From: Perkinsela sp. CCAP 1560/9
Taxonomy: Eukaryota > Protista > Euglenozoa: Kinetoplastea
Length of the DNA: 64,000 nt
Assembly (NCBI GenBank): GCA_965644495.1
Contig: CBFFSA010000014.1
Span: forward strand, 275,906 to 339,905
Direction of reading: 5' to 3'
Shown here one piece after another: positions 34,805 through 45,927 of the stretch. Under the pieces are notes generated by a model that was not told the origin of the DNA, made no database searches, and was given only the letters and a program-made list of their open reading frames with translations. Within the stretch, counting starts at the first letter, position 1, and the number at the start of each line of letters is the position of its first letter. A program made the translations under genes and the position numbers.

Positions 34805-35715
34805 CGTTACAGGTGAAGCAAAGTTTTCGGTAAACAGGTGAAATCGATTGACCCAGTGAAAATATTATGAGCGAAGTTAGCGTCCATGGTTTGTGGCGGT
34901 AATTCATTGAGAGACAACTCCCCAGTAAGCTGATTATTGGAAACAAGAATTTGGAGCACTGAGCATGGGAGATATTTCAAAACAATAATGCCGTTTAGAG
35001 CACACTTTCCCCAACGCAACTGCGACACATTATCTCCCTTGTCACATATCACATGATTCCATTCACATGCTGGCGTGTTGGTATTCCAAGAGGGATCGGT
35101 ATTGCTGACGTCTTTAATAAAGTTTGCAAGTTCGTATTCTGGTGGGACGTTGGCACCACGAATCCGACCGGGACGTGACGACGGAACGTCCTCTGCCATA
35201 CGTATAATATACATGTATGAAGGAAAACTGTGATACATAGCGCAATCGGAATAATACGTTTAGGGGAACAGAGAATCAAAGAAAAACGTAAATAGACTCA
35301 TGTATTTGGTGAAATAACGTGAATGAAATTTACCATCAAAAATATTTGCAAAACGAGCTCCTCAATTCGGAAAAGAATATAGGAATTTCCTGTACTGAGT
35401 GATATAAAATTTTCAAAAAAGAAATGTGTCTTGCGGAGCGCAATGACTCCAATGATGGAGTTTTCAGATCCCTCAACCGATACCGTTCACATGCTATCTT
35501 TCATTTACATGATGTTGCTTTGATAATCGAATGGAGATTGAGCATCTCCAATGTACCGCATTTATGTGAGACGTTTTTACAATGAATCCGACCAGCACGT
35601 GTTGTGTTCATTTAAGCAATGCCCTCAGCTGCCCAGAAAATGAAGTATCTTACTATAGGGAACATCTAATGCTAATTCGAATAATATTATAAATTATTAT
35701 GTGACAGGGCAATGG

Positions 35716-36228
35716 CTATTCCAAACATTGGTTCACCACTCGAATTAGGTTCGGGTTCTCCAAGGCAGCAGCCACGCGTTCCATATCATTCAGTTGCTTG
35801 TTGACGCTAGTCTCCTGGTAGTGCGATCCAGGCGTCACCTCCACTCTCACATGAAACGACTTTGGCAGCGTACGCATTAATTTCACACGAATACACAACC
35901 CGATGAGTGTACTCATACCACAGTGGGGTACAGTTGGGGTGAAGCGCACACGAAGACTTGTGTAGCGAGGCGGGATGGTTCTGTTCTGTAACTTTGCTAA
36001 CTCCTCCGGGGAGGTAAGTGTAACACTGCCAAGCTCCAATACGCGCAACTCTTCTAGAGAATTTGGATGCTCAGGGTCCTTGATATCTTTTATTAATTCG
36101 TATATCTCAAGGGCATCGATGGGGTCTTCTCCATCGACGTCGCCCTGGGTAGAAGACGGTACGCGCTGGTGAGTTTTGACTTTGTGTATTACAGGATTCG
36201 CGTTGGAGAGAGTGCCAGAGGGATCCAT
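35716..36228 (-). CDS. CIA2: Cytosolic Fe-S assembly component CIA2/MIP18 (FAM96B)
   Basis: IKDPEHP.SLEEL.V, FTPTVPHC.M.TLIGLCIRVKL, VNKQLND.ERVAAALEN. Confidence 0.95.
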   Translation of the reverse strand: MDPSGTLSNANPVIHKVKTHQRVPSSTQGDVDGEDPIDALEIYELIKDIKDPEHPNSLEELRVLELGSVTLTSPEELAKLQNRTIPPRYTSLRVRFTPTVPHCGMSTLIGLCIRVKLMRTLPKSFHVRVEVTPGSHYQETSVNKQLNDMERVAAALENPNLIRVVNQCLE

Positions 36229-36450
36229 AGGGGATAGTAATGAACAAATTGGGTAGGATTTATTTAAGAATCTCTCTTACAAACCCAAGTCACCACGGTT
36301 TGGTAACTACGTGTCACTCTTATAAATTGCTTATACTTATGAATGATAAGGAACAAAACATAAAATCACATGAACCTGAATCCTTCCAGAACCGCCAAGT
36401 ACTGTGTTTTCAATCTGTTTGATAATGAATGTAGGCCTCTCAAGCCTTCC

Positions 36451-38127
36451 TTAGTCATTACTCTCGGACTCGCTTGTGTGCCTCAACTTCCATTGCACTA
36501 CTCGGTTCTCGACGCACCCCCAGGTGTACCATCGGCCCAACCGAGGTTCCCTTCCGACACTCGCCACCAAGATATCACCCGTGTCATTGATCGCCAAGTC
36601 GGTTACGATGCCATCCACCGGCACCTCCCCTGCACTTTCTATCCTGTGCTCTGGGGTGACGTTCCAGAACCGTACAAAACCATCACAGCTACCGGTGACA
36701 AACCGCGCTACACCTGTCGGCTGCCGTGCTCGTTTCGCGAAACGCCCACTGGATCCCCCCGCCATGACCCCCTCGCCCGCCCCGTCCTGCCTTATCCTAA
36801 ACGCCCGCATGGCACTAATCGCATTCCCGTTAAACCCACTCGCGACCGTGGCCGGGGTCGGCGGGTACACCCTCTCAAACCCCGTCCCATCCCCCACAAA
36901 CCCAAAATCATGCGCCACCTCCCTCACATCCACCGCCCCACTCCTCCCGAACTGGTACAACACCAGCCTCCCCCCCACCGTCGCACACACAAAATGAACC
37001 CCATCCCCCAACCCACACACCCGCTCCACACTCTCTCCCACCCCCCCATACGCCTCCTGTATTCCACTCCCCGTTTTAAACACCCGCGGGACGCGATCCT
37101 CCCCGGAGACCACCACCACCACCGTGGCGGCTGCAGCCCCCTTACCCCCCCCGCCCCCGCCCCCGCCCTCCACGGTACTCCCCGCCCCCACGGGGCCGTA
37201 CCACGTCCCCACGTGCATCATCCCCTCCGCGGGGTCCCACACCTTCACGGTGCGGTCCCCCCCGGTGGAGTACACGCGGAGGGGGGAGGGGTCACCGCTC
37301 CCACTCCCCCTACCACTGCCCCCCCCAATACTCCCCCCCCCGACACAGAGCGCGCGCACGCCCCCGGGGTGGGAGGGGGAGAGGACGCGGAGGGGGGTGC
37401 GGGTGGCGACGTCCCACAGGCGTAGGGTGCCGGAGGCGTCGCCCGTGAGTACGGTGGGGACGACAAGGCCAGGGGGAGTAGTGGTACTTGTTGTGCTGAT
37501 AGGAGTACTGTTGCTTGTTGTACGGATAGGAGTACTGTTGCTTGTACTTGTCGGACATATACAGAGTATGGCGGGATGGGAGGGTGTGGGGGAGGAGGAG
37601 GGGGAGGGTGGTGGTGGTGGTGGAGGGAGAGTTGTGAGGGGGGGAAGACCGGGAGAGGCTATGTGGAGGTGGCCACGTTTATCCCCACACCAGATTTCAA
37701 GGTTGTGGTGTCGTGGGATGAGGGTGACACAGGTAAGGGGGTGGGGGGAGAGGCAGAGCTCCTCGGGGTGGGAGGCGGTGGTGGCGGTGGTGGTCGAGGG
37801 GGAGGGGGAGGGGAGGGGGGAGGGGGTGTCGAGGTCGGGGGGAGGGGAGAGGGTGGCCTCCTCTTCCTCCTCCGCGAGGAGGATGTGTTCTGTGGCGGGT
37901 TTTGTGTCGGTACATTTCTTTTTGGTTCGTCGTGGATGGGTTGTTTTTTGTTTTTTACGGCGAAGAAACATGGAGAGGGGATAAAGAAAAGGTGTAGTGG
38001 GAAGAGACGACTTGTGAATATTTTGTTTTTGGAATGTACAACGCTTAATTGTATGAAATAACGTTGAAACGGTATCGAGGTCCTTTTGAGTCAAAAATAC
38101 GGGAAAATGAAAAGTGTGCGTAAACAT
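36451..38127 (-). CDS. RRP9: U3 snoRNP WD40 protein RRP9/U3-55K, with expanded low-complexity loops
   Basis: WD repeats (TGDASGTLRLWD, STGGDRTVKVWD, TGSCDGFVRFWN) and C-terminal VASVGREPRLGRW typical of RRP9. Confidence 0.8.
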   Translation of the reverse strand: MFTHTFHFPVFLTQKDLDTVSTLFHTIKRCTFQKQNIHKSSLPTTPFLYPLSMFLRRKKQKTTHPRRTKKKCTDTKPATEHILLAEEEEEATLSPPPDLDTPSPLPSPSPSTTTATTASHPEELCLSPHPLTCVTLIPRHHNLEIWCGDKRGHLHIASPGLPPLTTLPPPPPPPSPSSSPTPSHPAILCICPTSTSNSTPIRTTSNSTPISTTSTTTPPGLVVPTVLTGDASGTLRLWDVATRTPLRVLSPSHPGGVRALCVGGGSIGGGSGRGSGSGDPSPLRVYSTGGDRTVKVWDPAEGMMHVGTWYGPVGAGSTVEGGGGGGGGKGAAAATVVVVVSGEDRVPRVFKTGSGIQEAYGGVGESVERVCGLGDGVHFVCATVGGRLVLYQFGRSGAVDVREVAHDFGFVGDGTGFERVYPPTPATVASGFNGNAISAMRAFRIRQDGAGEGVMAGGSSGRFAKRARQPTGVARFVTGSCDGFVRFWNVTPEHRIESAGEVPVDGIVTDLAINDTGDILVASVGREPRLGRWYTWGCVENRVVQWKLRHTSESESND

Positions 38128-38240
38128 AAAAACACATCATACTACTACGAAAAACATTATTCTACTGAAGCAAAAAAAAAATATTTCCATGGTAAGAACT
38201 ACAAAGCCCAAACGCAGTCGAAATGCTCCATTACGTCCCA

Positions 38241-39173
38241 TTAAGCTTTTCGCATATAACGAATCCCATCCCATACCATATGGGCGACGTTAAGGACTTG
38301 GTATGTGATCCATACCACAAGTAGAAAGTCAAGTAAGATGTGGTGCAGGACCCGTGAAGCTCCCCACGCCACGGCGCATAGTAGGAGTCGAAACAACATA
38401 CCAAAAAGAGCTTCTCTCCAATCACCATGTCCTCGTGCAAAGGAGGTAAGTGCGACAACTTCGTGAAACTGTGCCGCTGTTTGAATCAGCGCGTAGAGAA
38501 CAACCAAAACAAAGTTAGATCTGACCCACATACGGGTCATAACAACGAAATAGCAGTGTGGTAAGACAAGAATTGCGACCCAGCGCAGACAGCAATGGAA
38601 GAAAGAATCCTCGGAGCGCTCAGGTCCATCCATTCGAGGGAGAAAATTCGAGCCAAGGGAAAGGGCTCTGTCAGTGTTTTGTTGCCAGAGAGATTCCGGG
38701 GACATGATTCCCGTGTGTCCAATGTAGAAAATAGTCAATCGGGGGGCTACAATTGAGGTTACCGATATTGTCCACAGGCTGGTTCGATATCTGTTGTAAA
38801 ACGACCAGTAGTCACTCACGTCACAAAACTCTGAACTGGTCCCTCGCAGCGCACCGATATGCGTTTCTATTTTCAATTGATGCACATCATTCTTAAGAAG
38901 AAAAAACTTCCGGATCATTCGTGGTGTCATGCTAAGAAGGGTGAGTCCATCAATTTTGTTTTCTTCAATAATCGGCCCGAGAAAAGGATATTCCAGCACG
39001 TTGGATGCCCACAAACTTACGTCTTGTGAAGTCCAAGTACGCGCATCCGGGGATAGAATGCGGACATCGTCACCTGCTCTTGTTTGCGAGTCAAATTTCT
39101 TTGCGTCAGACTGAACATGCTTTTGCCCATCAGTACAATACGCGAAAAACGCTAGTGTGAGACATTTTATCAT
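38241..39173 (-). CDS. Signal peptide + SAM domain + multi-TM protein (BFAR-like architecture)
   Basis: WTSQDVSLW...IEENKIDGLTLLSMT SAM motif; several C-terminal hydrophobic helices. Confidence 0.75.
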   Translation of the reverse strand: MIKCLTLAFFAYCTDGQKHVQSDAKKFDSQTRAGDDVRILSPDARTWTSQDVSLWASNVLEYPFLGPIIEENKIDGLTLLSMTPRMIRKFFLLKNDVHQLKIETHIGALRGTSSEFCDVSDYWSFYNRYRTSLWTISVTSIVAPRLTIFYIGHTGIMSPESLWQQNTDRALSLGSNFLPRMDGPERSEDSFFHCCLRWVAILVLPHCYFVVMTRMWVRSNFVLVVLYALIQTAAQFHEVVALTSFARGHGDWREALFGMLFRLLLCAVAWGASRVLHHILLDFLLVVWITYQVLNVAHMVWDGIRYMRKA

Positions 39174-39498
39174 TGCAATGATTAAAGCTATGATTAAAAT
39201 GGATGTCGTTTATTTCGTTGCGCAAAATAAATTTCGTGACGAATTCAAAAATTAAACTTCGCGACAAATTCTCCCCGGATGCATTACAGCCCTGTCGTAA
39301 ATTTAGATAAGAAACAGCTACATGTATTTCTGTTGCGCAAGAAATGTTGATAATTAAGCACGTTAAAAATAGCAAATGACTGCTACTGACACTTACATTA
39401 TAAAGCCGAAACGTTTGTCATAAATCAAAGCACTACATGAAAACCAGTGTGTACTGTACCACATGAAAAGAAGAATGTGCCCAGAATAATATCATATT

Positions 39499-40977
39499 TT
39501 ACAGTACGCTGCCTCTCTTAACTTCACCCCATCCAATGAGCCGAAAATGCTTCTCAACACGGCGACTCAGTGCAAGTTTTTCTCCAATGGACGTACACAC
39601 GGGTTGAGTCAAAGTCAGCCGCGCAAGATTGCCTTTCGCACGAAGAACTCGGCCGCCTGTGGATAGTGCTCCAATATTCACTTGCAGAATTTCCCCCTCC
39701 TGCAGACCTTGCACCTTCCTGGTCTGGTCTACAGCATCAAATTTCACGCCTACATATTGTCGCATAAGAAAAAAGCTAATTTCTAATTCATCGTATACCT
39801 CGGGAAGTGACCCTACGTCTCCCAAAACTTGACCTACAAGACGGTCGCCCCGGGTGAGTGAGGGATCCATGTCGGTGCCTACGCCGATCAGCCCACCAGG
39901 CACGGCAAACTGCAGCTGATTGTCTTCTGCACAGAGCGACACGATCCGTGTACGAATTGGGTGACACGTAACGCGCAATTGTCCAGGCAGCGGTTTGCGA
40001 ATTAACCCGGGCCTTATTTCAATGTCTTGCCCCACGCGAAGCACGCCTTGTGTGATAGACCCTCCAGCGACCCCTCCGCGAAGCTTCGCACACTCCTCGC
40101 CTGGCTTGTTTACGTCAAAGGAGCGAACAACTACCATTCGGGCAGGGGCTGTAAAATCACGTCGGGGAATCGGTATGAAATCTGTATTGCACAAATACTC
40201 ACAGAGAATATCAATGTTGTAACCAAGTTGAGCACTGATTGGAATCACGGGTGCATTATCAGCGGGGGTACTCTGAACGAATTTAGCAATTGCTTCTCGA
40301 TGGCCTTCAGCCTCGCCTTCATTGATCAGATCAACTTTATTCTGCAGAACAATTATATTCCGAAGTCGAGTGATTTCAATAGCACACAAGTGTTCTCTGG
40401 TTTGTGGTTGCGGACACTCCTCGTTTGCTGCGATTAATAGTAAAGACGCATCCATTATCGACACTCCATTTAGCATGGTTGCCATGAGAATGTCATGTCC
40501 TGGACAATCCACAAAACTGACGTGCCTCTTCAATTCCATATCTGATCCACACCTTTTACAATTTGGATTGTCCTCCTTCGAGCTTCCGTATGCAGCGTAA
40601 CAGCCAGGGCGGACACAATCGTCATTTTTACATTTAAAGATTTTGGCGTTCGCATAACCAAGTTTTATTGTGATATTTTGTACTAATTCAGATTTAAAAC
40701 GAACGGTTTTTACCCCGCTGATCGCTCTGACTACAGTAGATTTTCCATGGGCCACGTGTCCAATTGTTCCGATGTTGATAGTAGCCTGACGAGAGATCAC
40801 TTCTGGTGTTAAAGGCGTCAATTCTCGAGGGTTCAGCTCATCCAAGTTCTGATTTTTTAACTGTCCCGCATTTGAAAGTCCGGAAACAGGTTCAAAGCTA
40901 GCAACGTCCAATTCCATATTGATAAAATAATAAGAAAGAGGACTGAAAAATCGAATCAACGCTTCAAAAACAGCCAT
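39499..40977 (-). CDS. EIF2S3: Eukaryotic translation initiation factor 2 gamma
   Basis: [44 protein letters not shown]. Confidence 0.98.
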   Translation of the reverse strand: MAVFEALIRFFSPLSYYFINMELDVASFEPVSGLSNAGQLKNQNLDELNPRELTPLTPEVISRQATINIGTIGHVAHGKSTVVRAISGVKTVRFKSELVQNITIKLGYANAKIFKCKNDDCVRPGCYAAYGSSKEDNPNCKRCGSDMELKRHVSFVDCPGHDILMATMLNGVSIMDASLLLIAANEECPQPQTREHLCAIEITRLRNIIVLQNKVDLINEGEAEGHREAIAKFVQSTPADNAPVIPISAQLGYNIDILCEYLCNTDFIPIPRRDFTAPARMVVVRSFDVNKPGEECAKLRGGVAGGSITQGVLRVGQDIEIRPGLIRKPLPGQLRVTCHPIRTRIVSLCAEDNQLQFAVPGGLIGVGTDMDPSLTRGDRLVGQVLGDVGSLPEVYDELEISFFLMRQYVGVKFDAVDQTRKVQGLQEGEILQVNIGALSTGGRVLRAKGNLARLTLTQPVCTSIGEKLALSRRVEKHFRLIGWGEVKRGSVL

Positions 40978-41282
40978 AAACTGTTTGCAAATAATATTGA
41001 TGTCAAAACTTTCTAGCGGAAAATTTCAGTGTCGGAATATTCCTCTGTAAGGGGACGACCATGGAAAAGGTTGACTGCGAAACAGAAACTATGGTTCCAG
41101 TCTCTTTTTTAGATGTCGTAAAACTAAGTCTACGTCTTGATGAAACGTGCGCCTTAAAACTTTACGATTCAACCACGGAAAGGAAGCACTGGAAATTTTT
41201 AACTCCTTCGCAGTTTTTGACGTAGGTAGAAAAAACAATTACTACGAAGAAACTGTTGAATGATCTTCTCTAGCGGCTCTTA

Positions 41283-41395
41283 CAGTAAACCGGGGGTCAG
41301 TTCAATATTAAGGTTAGTTTAATATTAAGATTGACACTTTAATATTAAAATGACACTTTAATATTAAGATTCACTTTAATATTAAGATTCGACTT
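41283..41395. repeat. ~18-bp tandem repeats (ACTTTAATATTAAGATT) after a TA-CAGTAAACCGGGG transposon-like end
   Basis: Five degenerate units seen directly. Confidence 0.7.
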
Positions 41396-41659
41396 TTTAA
41401 GAATTTTCTTTGGTTCATTAACTTTTAACCTTATTGCTTCACAATTAACGGCACTATCGCTGCGTAGCCGCTGAGAGGCAATCAACGAATGTTACAGAGC
41501 TATCGAAGATTACGTTGATGAGGTTTCCTCCTCATCGAATATTAGGTTTCCTCCCTTAAGGATGACGAAGGTGTTATGGAATCCTCCGATTTAAACGATT
41601 CTCTGCTTCATGAATCTAAAAACTGAAATAATATTGCGATAGTCGAAGTAACAATAATA

Positions 41660-41954
41660 CCGTATACCCCCCAGTAACAGAGATTTGGCCATTTTTGGGC
41701 TGACCCCCAGTAACAGAGATTTGGTTCGGGAGGGTGGTTGGAGGGGGGAGGGGGTGTTTGGGCGGGTGGGGGTCGCTAGGCTGGGTGAGGGTGGTTGCAC
41801 GGGAGCGAATGGCGTACTTGCAGGGTTGTCTGGACAGAAAATCAACGCACCCACGAACAAAAAATGTCTTTTCCCACCAAAAAAGAATACCCCCCAGTAA
41901 CAGAGATTTGGCCATTCGGGTCCAAAATCGGTTCTATTACTGGGGGGTATACGG
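41660..41954. mobile_element. MITE, same family as 27983-28297
   Basis: CCGTATACCCCCCAGTAA TIRs flanked by TA. Confidence 0.85.
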
Positions 41955-42063
41955 TATATTTATTATGAAATGTTTTTTTTTGTTTTTACGGAGGATTCTT
42001 TTTTCGTGATGTCTTAGAGTTTGTTTTGTTTTTCCCTTTCGTAAACGTATTTCTTATAAAATA

Positions 42064-42215
42064 CTGTAAACGGGGGTGCGGATTATTATTGCATTTTGGA
42101 TTATTATTGCATTTCGGTTTATTATTGCACTTTCGGATTATTATTGCATTTTACACATTATTATTACACTTTCGGATTATTATTGTATTTCGGATTATTA
42201 TTGCATTTCACTTTT
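42064..42215. repeat. 18-19-bp tandem array (GGATTATTATTGCATTTC)x7 after a TA-CTGTAAACGGGG end
   Basis: Seen directly; subterminal repeat of a TIR element. Confidence 0.75.
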
Positions 42216-42399
42216 CGGATGGATAATTTATTTAAAGAAGGGGCTATTCGGCATCGGGAACAAACCTCTGATTTTGTACAAACGGTGGACACAGACGAAG
42301 AATATGTATCACTGAAAGGTGCCGTAGATGAACTTGGAGTCGAAGAAGATATGAGCAATCTCGATACCTACTCTATCCGTGAAGGGTTGCTTCGTTAAG

Positions 42400-43291
42400 A
42401 AAGCAGCTTCGTACAAGTGTCCGTTTGAGCTGATTTTTGTTGCATTTTGCAGATCTCAACACAAGGACTTTGCGCGTGAAGAAATGAGACAAAAAGAAAC
42501 GAATACGCACAATTTAGAGAAGAGTTACCATTTTGTCACTTTTTCGCCCTTCAATCTTATACACTCCTTAAGGCGAGAGTCAAAGCTTAAGACCGTTTTG
42601 TCGATCACTTTTTGAGGCAAAGAAGACCATGCTTTACATACACATCGGATAAGTGAAGGTTTGTCCGATGGGGTTTGTTCGTCTACTGCCTCTTGAACCA
42701 TAGACCAGACGTTTTCTATGGGGGAAAGGTCTGGTGAATTGGGGGCCAATTTTTTAATACATCTTTCGTTCTACTTGTAATGTAGTCCTTAGAGGCGTGG
42801 GCGGTGTGTGCCGTGGCCCCATCTTGTTGAAAAATACAATTCATGGGGAATGTTACCTTTTTGAGCGTCTCTATGTAGGACATACTCGTGATAGACGAGT
42901 CAGAATCCAGAATAACCAAGTGTCTCCACCCTACTCCTATGAAACCCCAAACTTGACATCTTGGCGCCCAGCGTACTTTCTGACGCGGGGCTGCTTTTTG
43001 ACCGGGTGCTACCCACACATTCGCGGGATAGCTTCCTTTTTGACACACCCTGACCGTCCCTCATCCTTAACAAAAGCTTTTCGCTATTCGTAAGCCCCTC
43101 TTTCGGTAGCCGAAAAGGTTTTCCGAAAAAATGAAGTTTTTCAAAAAAAGAAATCAGTTTTTTTAAAGATGTTTAAAAGAACTGAAAATAGCGGGAACGT
43201 GCAGATCTCAAAATTTTGAACGATAATGTGGTGCCGTAACCCCCCTACGCCCCCCTGTGCGAAAAATAAGGGTGGGTCACTTATTCGTTGG
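42400..43291 (-). mobile_element. Tc1-like transposon remnant, frameshifted transposase 42525-43048
   Basis: QVWGFIG, FQQDGATAHTA, W.PNSPDLSPIENVWS; end motif AACC..CCCCC.ACGAATAAGT shared with 16158 and the 56072-56620 MITE. Confidence 0.85.
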
Positions 43292-43851
43292 GGGGGAGGT
43301 TATAATAGAAGAAAAAAATAAAAAGGGGCTCCGGTGGTCCAAAACAGAAAAAATGAATTAAAAAAAATGGGGGGTCTAGGGGGGGTCCAGGGGGGGGTCC
43401 AGGGGAGGGTTCCAGGGGGGGCATGGTCGAGCAAATTTTTTTGAAAAAAATATTTTTCGAAATAAGTCCGCAGAAGGGGTAGCCGGCGGTCCATGGGGGG
43501 GTCCAGGGGGGTTCCAGGGGGGGTGGGGCGTGTTCGAGCAAATTTTTTTGAAAAAAATATTTTTCGAAATAAATCCGCAGAAGGGGTAGCCGGGGTCTTA
43601 GCGAGCATTTTCCACACCCCTACCCGGGGGCGACCCCCCGCGTATCCGCAGGACGGGTCCACCTAGTTCGGATTTTTTCGAAAAAAAAATATTTAAAAAA
43701 AGCAGCCCAAAGTATTGTATACTTGCTCACGGGGTGGGGGCAGAGTTCCAGACGGATGGGCTGCGGCGTCGTTTTCCCTCGTCTCCGCGTCCGTCCCGCC
43801 ATGTCTCTCTTCCCGCTTTTTGCCCTTGGCGCGACAGCGTCTTTGCGCTTC

Positions 43852-43996
43852 GTTACCTCCACGTCTCCCACCCTCGTACAGCAACACAAAGTATCTGATA
43901 CTGCTAACGGGGTGGGAGCGGAGGTCACCTCCACATCTCCCACCCTCGTACAGCAACATAAAGTATCTTATACTGCTAACGGGGTGGGAGCGGAGG
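43852..43996. repeat. Two tandem 75-bp direct repeats
   Basis: ACCTCCAC.TCTCCCACCCTCGTACAGCAACA.AAAGTATCT.ATACTGCTAACGGGGTGGGAGCGGAGG twice. Confidence 0.9.
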
Positions 43997-44664
43997 CTCT
44001 GGACCACATGGGCGCTCGCGCGGACGAGTCGGTATAGGGTAGGGGGTAAGGACGGGGATGGATGAGAGGGTTAAGGGAAAGTGTGGAAAGTGGGGAGTAA
44101 GTACGGTGAAGTGGGGAGAGTAAGTACGGTGAAGTGTGAAAAGTAAAAAAAAAAAAATACAACTCGGCGAAAAAAAATGGCAAAAAAAATATTTTTCCAA
44201 AATCGATTCCCATATTGTATTTGTAAAAATTAATGAGAGGGGTTAGAAAAAAGTCATGCTTGGTGGTCGTGCGCCGTGAAAAAATCGCTTGATCAGCGAT
44301 AAGATGTGGCGAAAAGTGAAACTCAAGGCCCTTGTGCGAAGTGGGGGCTGGTTCAGGAAAAAGTGCTCTATTAATGTTCACAAGGGCAGGAATCAGAGCA
44401 AAAGTATAAATTTTTGCAAAAAAGCGCCAAAAAGTGACAGATAACTAGGGGGGGTGACGTGTGACAGATAACTAGGGGGAGGTACAGTAAAAATATATAA
44501 ATTTTCTTTTTTGTTAAATATTAAGTTATATTTATAGAAATTAATGAGAGGAGGAGTATACTGTGACCCCCCTTTTAATATGCACGTTTTTGGCGTTTGT
44601 ATAAAAAGGGGGGTGCATAATAAAGGGGAGGGAGTCCGAAAAAAATTGATTATAAAAATTAATG

Positions 44665-45876
44665 GGTCGGATTGAACGAATAATGTACAAAATTTCAGTT
44701 TTCAGAATTTTTAAAAAGACGATATTTTCCCTTCGATCATTATCTAACAAAAAAAATGCTTCTTACTGCAGAACATAATGCGCACAATACACGCGAAGAT
44801 CCTCCAAAACTCGCTTCAAAACACTTGCTCCATTCACCCGCAGAGATCCGTTACATTTTTCTGCCAGGGCGCGCACACGCTCATGCCGGTTTTCATTGCT
44901 TCTACCAAGTTGGCCGCCACAACGCGTCAAAGTTCTCTTCAACATGCTGTTTGCTCCTTCTACGGTGTTAGTGTGCACACCGGAATCACTGATCCACTCA
45001 TTTCTGTGGATAACCGAATCCCATTGATACTTTCCTTCAAGAAAATTGCTGTGCCTGGCCCCGTCGGTATGGATCCGCGTACGCGAGGAGGCACACATAG
45101 CCTCGATGGGGGGAATTAAGTGTTCTGCGCTTTTTTGAGGCACAGGCGTGACATGTATCTCTGTCAGCTTGCTGTCACGAGTACATTCGGCCAGAGTCTG
45201 AACTATCTGGCTACCACCAGCGTACCCGCTGGTTTCGGTTGTTTCCCCCTCGCTTGATCTTTGAGAACCACGTCTCATCGACTTGCATAAAGGATACTGT
45301 TCCCTCGGCGTTCCGCTGACGGATTTTATGAACCTCAGACAATGATTTTTCGATAATTTGGCGTTGCAAAACTACAGTTCTTTGAGAGACTTCTTCTTCC
45401 TTTGCAACTTCTGTTCCCAGTATGCTATAAGAAAAGGAAACGATCCCAATTAGAATCTGCTTTGCGGACACCTTTGTCTTTGAGTGCTTGAGAGGACCGT
45501 CCTGTGACATCAAATTGCGGCAGGAGCGTACTGGGCAGTGGAACTTGCCTCCCTTCAGATTACACAATACCCGCTCATGCCCACGCTCGCAGGAAACGCT
45601 TTGTACAGTGAGTTTGTGGTTTCGCATCCACAACATACACGTTTCCTCTGCGGCAGAGCCGACTGAAGTCAAGCGAATTTGAGCAGCGAATCAAAACGAG
45701 GGCAACCTGTGCAGTTCATTGAAACCTTAGAGAAGCAATACTAGCCGTAATTTTAAGATAAAAATTGACTAATAATCCAAAAAATTCATACATATTACCC
45801 TAGGAAACACAAAAAAGGATTTCATAAAAATTTAAAATTATTTAAAAAAAGTGTACATTATTCGTTCAATTCCACC
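44665..45876 (-). mobile_element. Merlin / IS1595-like transposon, full length, one frameshift
   Basis: TIR GGT.G.ATTGAACGAATAATGTACA, 8-bp TSD AATTAATG (44657-44664, 45877-45884); QVDETWF, IHTDG, GVHTNTVEG in ORFs 45211-45672 and 44763-45278. Confidence 0.93.
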
Positions 45877-45927
45877 AATTAATGAGAGGGGGGTATCAAG
45901 GAAGTCTTACTCTTTGATTACACAGGC

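Larger units (their letters stand above)
33303..35238 (-). pseudogene. LRR gene (close paralog of 21153-21893) split into three pieces by two insertions
   Basis: 34810-35238, 34164-34230 and 33303-33550 align collinearly with the 21-kb gene; the 3' flank 33150-33230 also matches 21050-21120. Confidence 0.92.

Noticed and set aside
41283-42215. CRISPR-like arrays
   Set aside because: Head-to-tail repeats without unique spacers, attached to transposon ends; no cas genes
44030-44140. Telomeric repeat
   Set aside because: G-rich but not a TTAGGG array
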